From IMG/VR virus record IMGVR_UViG_3300031993_000004, positions 96,001 through 160,000 of that record: a stretch of DNA of 64,000 bases, one strand, 5' to 3'. Source of the DNA: a virus (taxonomy: Duplodnaviria; Caudoviricetes). Below are positions 59,333 through 64,000 of this stretch, in pieces; position 1 is the stretch's first letter; each line of letters opens with the position of its first letter. A program made the position numbers and the translations under genes. Below the pieces are notes generated by a model. That model saw only the letters and a list, made by a program, of their open reading frames with translations. It was not told the origin of the DNA and did no database searches.

Positions 59333-59354
59333 TGGCGGGGCCGAAGCCCCGCCA
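59333..59354 (-). terminator. Terminator hairpin
   Basis: TGGCGGGGC-CGAA-GCCCCGCCA (UUCG loop on the minus strand). Confidence 0.75.
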
Positions 59355-59359
59355 TCTTA

Positions 59360-60319
59360 TTAAAGTCCGAGTTCGTCTCTGGTTTTAACGGGATATGATT
59401 CCATATATTCATCAGTCGCAGTCTTTGTTGACATGTCCAGGTTTGTTATCCTCGCACTTGGGACCGGATATTCGGATAACACATCGCCGTCTTTGTTGAC
59501 AGTAACAAATTCGCGGTCCGATTCATCATCTCCGATAACGACATACGTTGTCGGCTCTTCGGATTCGAATGCAGTTGTTGATGCGACACTGCCCTCGTCG
59601 ATGATATTGTTCAGAACAGATGCCGCTTGATCAAGACTGACCGTCGGATAATTGTCGGCAACAACCGGCTCGCTGTCTTGCGTCATAGACGGCACTTTGA
59701 AAATATCGTCCAACATGGAACGACCAACAGAGTACACATCTGTCTTTGTAGCAGGTCCAGCCTGTGCTCCAGGTGCAACAGCGCCAGCAGCTTGCTGCTG
59801 TTTGATTTTCAATTCCGCAATCGTCTTCTTCACGTTAATCTGCTTCTCCTGAATTGCCATGAGTGTTGACCGAGCTGATGTCAATGCTTGCATCGCAGCA
59901 ATGTCATCTTCATTCAAACCAAACTTGCCTTTGTCGTTATAGCTTTCCATAGCTTTCCGTTCAAAGACTTTGATCAGTTTGGCTTGATCAGCAGCCATTG
60001 TTTTCAATGCAGCAACATCGGCAGTGAAAATCTTGTTCGGTTCAACCTTTTCCTGAAGCGGTCCAAGTTCCATTCCTGCCTGGAGTGCATTCATGACATC
60101 TGACACACCGCCCCATTGTCCAACATACGGACGAATGTATCCATCCATATTAGGGTTGAACTTTGGTCGTGTTGTAAAAGATGCATGACGTTGGAGCCAT
60201 GCGTTCGGATCCGTTTGAGCAAGATCCCAAGCCGGTTGTGGTTGTTGATGATATTCATCAGCCGCTTGCTCAAATGAACGCACTTGATTCAGTGTATTGA
60301 ATGCGTCCAACATACTCAT
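59360..60319 (-). CDS. Hypothetical protein with central coiled coil
   Basis: True start MSML after AAGGAG; the ORF-track extension runs through a terminator. Confidence 0.7.
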   Translation of the reverse strand: MSMLDAFNTLNQVRSFEQAADEYHQQPQPAWDLAQTDPNAWLQRHASFTTRPKFNPNMDGYIRPYVGQWGGVSDVMNALQAGMELGPLQEKVEPNKIFTADVAALKTMAADQAKLIKVFERKAMESYNDKGKFGLNEDDIAAMQALTSARSTLMAIQEKQINVKKTIAELKIKQQQAAGAVAPGAQAGPATKTDVYSVGRSMLDDIFKVPSMTQDSEPVVADNYPTVSLDQAASVLNNIIDEGSVASTTAFESEEPTTYVVIGDDESDREFVTVNKDGDVLSEYPVPSARITNLDMSTKTATDEYMESYPVKTRDELGL

Positions 60320-60388
60320 ACTAATCATCTCCTTTAAATAGTATATGAGATTACTCTCAATACTGTAGAGTTTAAAAGCGACAGCATA

Positions 60389-60417
60389 ATTACGTGGGGC
60401 ACAAGGCCCCACGTAAT
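60389..60417 (-). terminator. Terminator hairpin
   Basis: ATTACGTGGGGC-ACAAG-GCCCCACGTAAT. Confidence 0.75.
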
Positions 60418-60425
60418 GCTTTTCA

Positions 60426-61931
60426 TTATTCGAGTTTCGTAAGTCCATACAGACCATTCAAACATTCCTTTTCAATTGGGAATGCCGCGGTCAAATCCGT
60501 ACGAACACAATAGATTTTAGAGTACATCATTTCTTCTGCTTGTTTATTCGCTTCATCAGACCAGATTCCTGTACTCTTGACAGTATCACCATCATAGTCA
60601 CCACCGATGTTCACCAATCGAGCATTCGACATCTGGAGAACGTCAATGAATTGTGTTGATACTTTTGCATGGTTCATTTCCGGATCAACAACGGGATATG
60701 TGTCATACTGTTCTCCATTGAACTGAACCGGAATTGTTGTGTTTGTTGACAGCACATGGACCTTTGTAAAGAATGCACCGTACAAGTCGCCAATCGGATA
60801 TCGCACGGTGTAAACATGTCGGTCGGCCTTCACTGTTGCCGCGTAGCAGCATAGATAAATGACGTCAGTTAATGTCAGTGGCCTGGAAATGGACTCATTG
60901 GTTTGTGTATTTACAGCGTTGAATATAATTGGGGTCTTATTTTCTGGATCCGCATACAAAATACGGAATCTGCTTCCCGGATTCAGCATGAAGATCTTGA
61001 TCAGATCATCGATTTCTCTGTCATCATAGATGTTATCAATATCAGAACGTTTGATTTGATCTGGATTTGAATGGAATGTGATGATGTTATCATATGAAAG
61101 GAATTGTTTCATATTGAACTTCACAAATGGACGGAACATTGAAAGAATTGACATCAATGGATATCCGGTGCGGAATATACCAACCGGTGTATTATCCGTT
61201 CGATATGATGGTGCTGAGATAACATTACGAACAGTACCAATAGTATTCTTTGCCAACAGGTTTCTTTGGAAGTATCCATTCTTCGTTCCACACAATTTAT
61301 GAATGTATGAATAGATTTCAATGACGGTATCTTGAATCTGGTTGTGTGCTTTGTGAACTGTCGTCGTGACATGCGTTGTGACGGACTTGAAACCAATGAG
61401 CTTCATATAAATAGTATTCAGCTCGGATTTGATTTGACGCCCATTGCGCATACCAGTAGGACGCATAGCGGGTGGCAATACGAGAACCTTATCGACAAAA
61501 AGAAGACGTTTTGGTGTCCGTGTCAGAATCTTAATGTTCTCATCGCGTTTTGTCTTCAGTGTTTTTGCGATATCGATTTGATCCCAAATGTTATACAAAT
61601 CGACAAAACCACAGTATTTACCACTTTCATTTTCAACAAGCACGCCATCAATCAAATCACATCTGATTTCGGCATATGCAAGTTTGCGGATGATACCACC
61701 GGAACGAAGAATGATTGTCTTTGCAATATGCGGATTGAACACATGAATTGGCAACTTGATATATCCGCATCTGTACTTCTGTTCTTCTTCTGTTTGACCA
61801 AAGATTTCTTCTGAGAACAGGCCAAACGGGTTATATTGGTTCGTTGATCGATATATCTGAGGTGATGTAACTTCTTGCCAGTTATTCACCTTAATTGCAT
61901 AATCCATATCATAGAGACCCTGAATTTGCAT
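60426..61931 (-). CDS. Phage multisubunit RNA polymerase beta' N-terminal subunit with catalytic DxDGD (probably virion RNAP)
   Basis: GLFSEEIFG, GYIKL, LPPAMRP, RNVIS, RYPI and GGDYDGD. Start MQIQG follows GAAGGAGG. The split point after the catalytic motif resembles phiKZ-type virion RNAP. Confidence 0.9.
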   Translation of the reverse strand: MQIQGLYDMDYAIKVNNWQEVTSPQIYRSTNQYNPFGLFSEEIFGQTEEEQKYRCGYIKLPIHVFNPHIAKTIILRSGGIIRKLAYAEIRCDLIDGVLVENESGKYCGFVDLYNIWDQIDIAKTLKTKRDENIKILTRTPKRLLFVDKVLVLPPAMRPTGMRNGRQIKSELNTIYMKLIGFKSVTTHVTTTVHKAHNQIQDTVIEIYSYIHKLCGTKNGYFQRNLLAKNTIGTVRNVISAPSYRTDNTPVGIFRTGYPLMSILSMFRPFVKFNMKQFLSYDNIITFHSNPDQIKRSDIDNIYDDREIDDLIKIFMLNPGSRFRILYADPENKTPIIFNAVNTQTNESISRPLTLTDVIYLCCYAATVKADRHVYTVRYPIGDLYGAFFTKVHVLSTNTTIPVQFNGEQYDTYPVVDPEMNHAKVSTQFIDVLQMSNARLVNIGGDYDGDTVKSTGIWSDEANKQAEEMMYSKIYCVRTDLTAAFPIEKECLNGLYGLTKLE

Positions 61932-61980
61932 ATCTTTCCCTCCTTCAGGATATAAAGTTACAAAAACGTTTTTAAGATAA

Positions 61981-62135
61981 AAGATAAGTTGCGGGGCCGA
62001 AGCCCCGCAATAAAATGAGATTAGGGACGCTGTGCTGGATAACACAGCGTGATGACGGAGAATACAAATGAATTACAATGGATCAAAATCAATCATCGTC
62101 CGGCGAAAGACGATTTGGTTCATTTGCATGAACTT
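61981..62135 (-). ncRNA. Second candidate structured small RNA
   Basis: GACA-N6-TA motif gives +1 at 62135; several hairpins with a minus-strand G-U pair; ends in a GCGGGGC-UUCG-GCCCCGC terminator with a U-rich tail. Confidence 0.45.
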
Positions 62136-62246
62136 ATTTTTTTGTCTGCTAAATAGATATATTATTTTCGCGTCATGGGAAGTGTATAATCTTTAGCTTC
62201 TCTGAACAAACAAATACAATTTTGTTGCGAAAGGCGGGTTTTTATC

Positions 62247-64000
62247 ATGGGTATGATGATGAAAGACGACAAAATGGATATCATCACAAATGATATCGAA
62301 CGCATCCGAAAACGACCAACAATGATCGTTGGTTTTGTTGGATCGAAAGGTATTCTGCATTTGTGTAAAGAGATCATAAACAACAATGCTGACGAGTGTT
62401 TCAAGAAAGAATCACCTGGTAATACGATTCGAATTGAAATCACTCCATCTTATATTATATCAGAGGATAATGGACGCGGTCTCCCGACAAATCTTCTGCG
62501 AACAATTCATGAGACGTCCCAGGCTGGTTCTAATATGACACGTGCACACGGTGCATCTGCTGGTGAAAATGGAATTGGCACAACTGCATTCACTGCGTTG
62601 TCTAGTGAATTGATCGTCACAACGTTTCGTCCACAAGAAAAGAAGAAACTGACGATTCATTACAAAGAAGGCAAACTGGTTGAAGAGATCTTGGAGGATT
62701 ACAAGGGAAAGGAGCATGGTCTCCGCACATTCTTCAAACCGTCCAAGAAGATCATGAATGAATCAGAGATCCCGGTTGATGATCTGGTTGCATGGATCAA
62801 AGGTTTCGAGTATACGCTGGATCCTGCCATAAAGGTATTCTATACTGTCAATGGCGAAGAGCATCAACTTGAGCACAAAACAATTGACCGGTATTTCCGT
62901 GAAGTGATTCCGGATGATAAGTTCATGTCAACTCCGATTCGGATTGAGTGTGATGAAGGAAAACTTCCCGAAACTGTCCAAGGTGTCACATATTCGCGCA
63001 TGTTCAAGATTGATGCGGCCTTTATGTATGCAACTCCAGACTATCGCGGAGAAGATTTGCGTCAATCGTGGATGAATATGATTCAGACTGCTGAAGGCGG
63101 TTCGCATGTCAACGGTGTTGTGAACGGTCTGATCAAATATCTGACGGAACGTGTTATCGCAAAGAAGAAAGGTCTCGAGGATGATGACCTTCGTCGTGAT
63201 ATTCTGATGCATCTGAATGTTGCTGTAAAGGCAGAATGTGACTTTGCGAATATCTTTGCATCACAGGAGAAATCCAAAGTTGATTCCAGAGCACTTGCAA
63301 CCGCGATTTCGAATGCAGTGTATCAGAAGTTGTGTGACATGAATCAGACGAAGCTTGCTGATTTCGTTGATATTGTCATTCAGAATAATCGTGTTCGAAA
63401 AGAAGGAGAAAAAGTCCGTAATATTTCGGCTGAATCCAAGAAGAAACAATGGTCGAAACCTGACTCATATCTACCATGTGCTTCTGTGAAAACGCCGCAA
63501 CCGAAAGAGCTGTTCACCGTTGAGGGTAACTCTGCAGCGAGTGGTATCAATAGTGCACGAAATGCAACGTTCCAAGCTGTTCTGCTGTTCAGAGGTAAAT
63601 CTCCGAATGTTTGGGATCTGACGCTGGAGGAAGCATTGCGTTCAAATGTATGGCGCGATCTTGTCATCGTGCTCGGATGTGGAATTGGTTCAACGTTTGA
63701 CATCAAGAAACTGAATTTCGATAAGATCATTATCGCAACGGATGCTGACGTTGATGGATATCATATCCGTGTTGAGATCTGCACATTCTTCCTGAAGTTC
63801 TATCCGGAGATTATCGCAGCAGGTAAGCTGTATATCGCAGAACCGCCGCTGTACAAACTTGCGGTTGGGAAGCAGATCTCATATGTCGCAACACAGACGG
63901 AGTATATCAACGAATGCATCCGTTCTGTTGGTAACGTTCAGCTGCATTTTCCAGAAGGCGTTGTTGCGGATTCTACCGGAAAGAGATTTATCGAGGAAGC
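62247..64000 (+). CDS. Type IIA topoisomerase B subunit (GyrB/ParE-like), truncated by the window end
   Basis: Not in the ORF track (no stop in window). Manual translation gives IRKRPTM, KEIINNNADE, DNGRGLP, GENGIG, VEGNSA, RGKSPN and ATDADVDGYHI. Confidence 0.92.
   Translation, partial: MGMMMKDDKMDIITNDIERIRKRPTMIVGFVGSKGILHLCKEIINNNADECFKKESPGNTIRIEITPSYIISEDNGRGLPTNLLRTIHETSQAGSNMTRAHGASAGENGIGTTAFTALSSELIVTTFRPQEKKKLTIHYKEGKLVEEILEDYKGKEHGLRTFFKPSKKIMNESEIPVDDLVAWIKGFEYTLDPAIKVFYTVNGEEHQLEHKTIDRYFREVIPDDKFMSTPIRIECDEGKLPETVQGVTYSRMFKIDAAFMYATPDYRGEDLRQSWMNMIQTAEGGSHVNGVVNGLIKYLTERVIAKKKGLEDDDLRRDILMHLNVAVKAECDFANIFASQEKSKVDSRALATAISNAVYQKLCDMNQTKLADFVDIVIQNNRVRKEGEKVRNISAESKKKQWSKPDSYLPCASVKTPQPKELFTVEGNSAASGINSARNATFQAVLLFRGKSPNVWDLTLEEALRSNVWRDLVIVLGCGIGSTFDIKKLNFDKIIIATDADVDGYHIRVEICTFFLKFYPEIIAAGKLYIAEPPLYKLAVGKQISYVATQTEYINECIRSVGNVQLHFPEGVVADSTGKRFIEE

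Noticed and set aside
44512-61931. Introns or inteins in terminase and RNAP genes (common in AR9-like phages)
   Set aside because: The ORFs are continuous, of expected size, and show no homing-endonuclease or intein motifs.
61932-62045. N-terminal extensions in the ORF track (also at 60457, 52299, 15399, 24668, 17168, 21245)
   Set aside because: They cross terminators or promoter motifs; downstream ATGs have clear SD sequences.
1-64000. CRISPR arrays, tRNA/rRNA genes, transposases, reverse transcriptase/DGR
   Set aside because: No regularly spaced direct repeats, cloverleafs or relevant protein motifs were seen by eye. The GC hairpins are dispersed singletons at gene boundaries.
1-64000. 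Stop-codon reassignment
   Set aside because: Core genes are full length under the standard code and coding density is high.

Overview
This window is a 64-kb segment of a jumbo myophage genome of the phiKZ/AR9(PBS1)-related type. Strong AAGGAGG ribosome-binding sites suggest a Firmicutes host (inference). Core genes: split multisubunit RNA polymerase subunits (beta-N, beta-C, and a beta'-N carrying GGDYDGD), PhuZ-like tubulin, GroEL-like chaperonin, DnaB-like helicase, SbcC-like ATPase, SF2 helicase, GyrB/ParE (truncated at the right edge), terminase, probable portal, tail sheath and tube, baseplate-type proteins, and two paralogous large tail-fibre-like proteins (one truncated at the left edge and missed by the ORF track). 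The most unusual signals are: (i) two promoter- and terminator-bounded structured small-RNA candidates, one with an anti-Shine-Dalgarno loop complementary to a leader duplicated in front of two phage genes; (ii) a family of Q/P/Y-rich prion-like proteins sharing short motifs, one encoded next to a protein-kinase-fold gene; (iii) a candidate -1 frameshift in a gp26-like tail assembly gene; (iv) a catalytically degenerate RecD-like helicase; (v) two phage promoter motifs and about 14 stereotyped GGGGC/GCCCC hairpins. All calls come from motif recognition by eye; no database searches were run.
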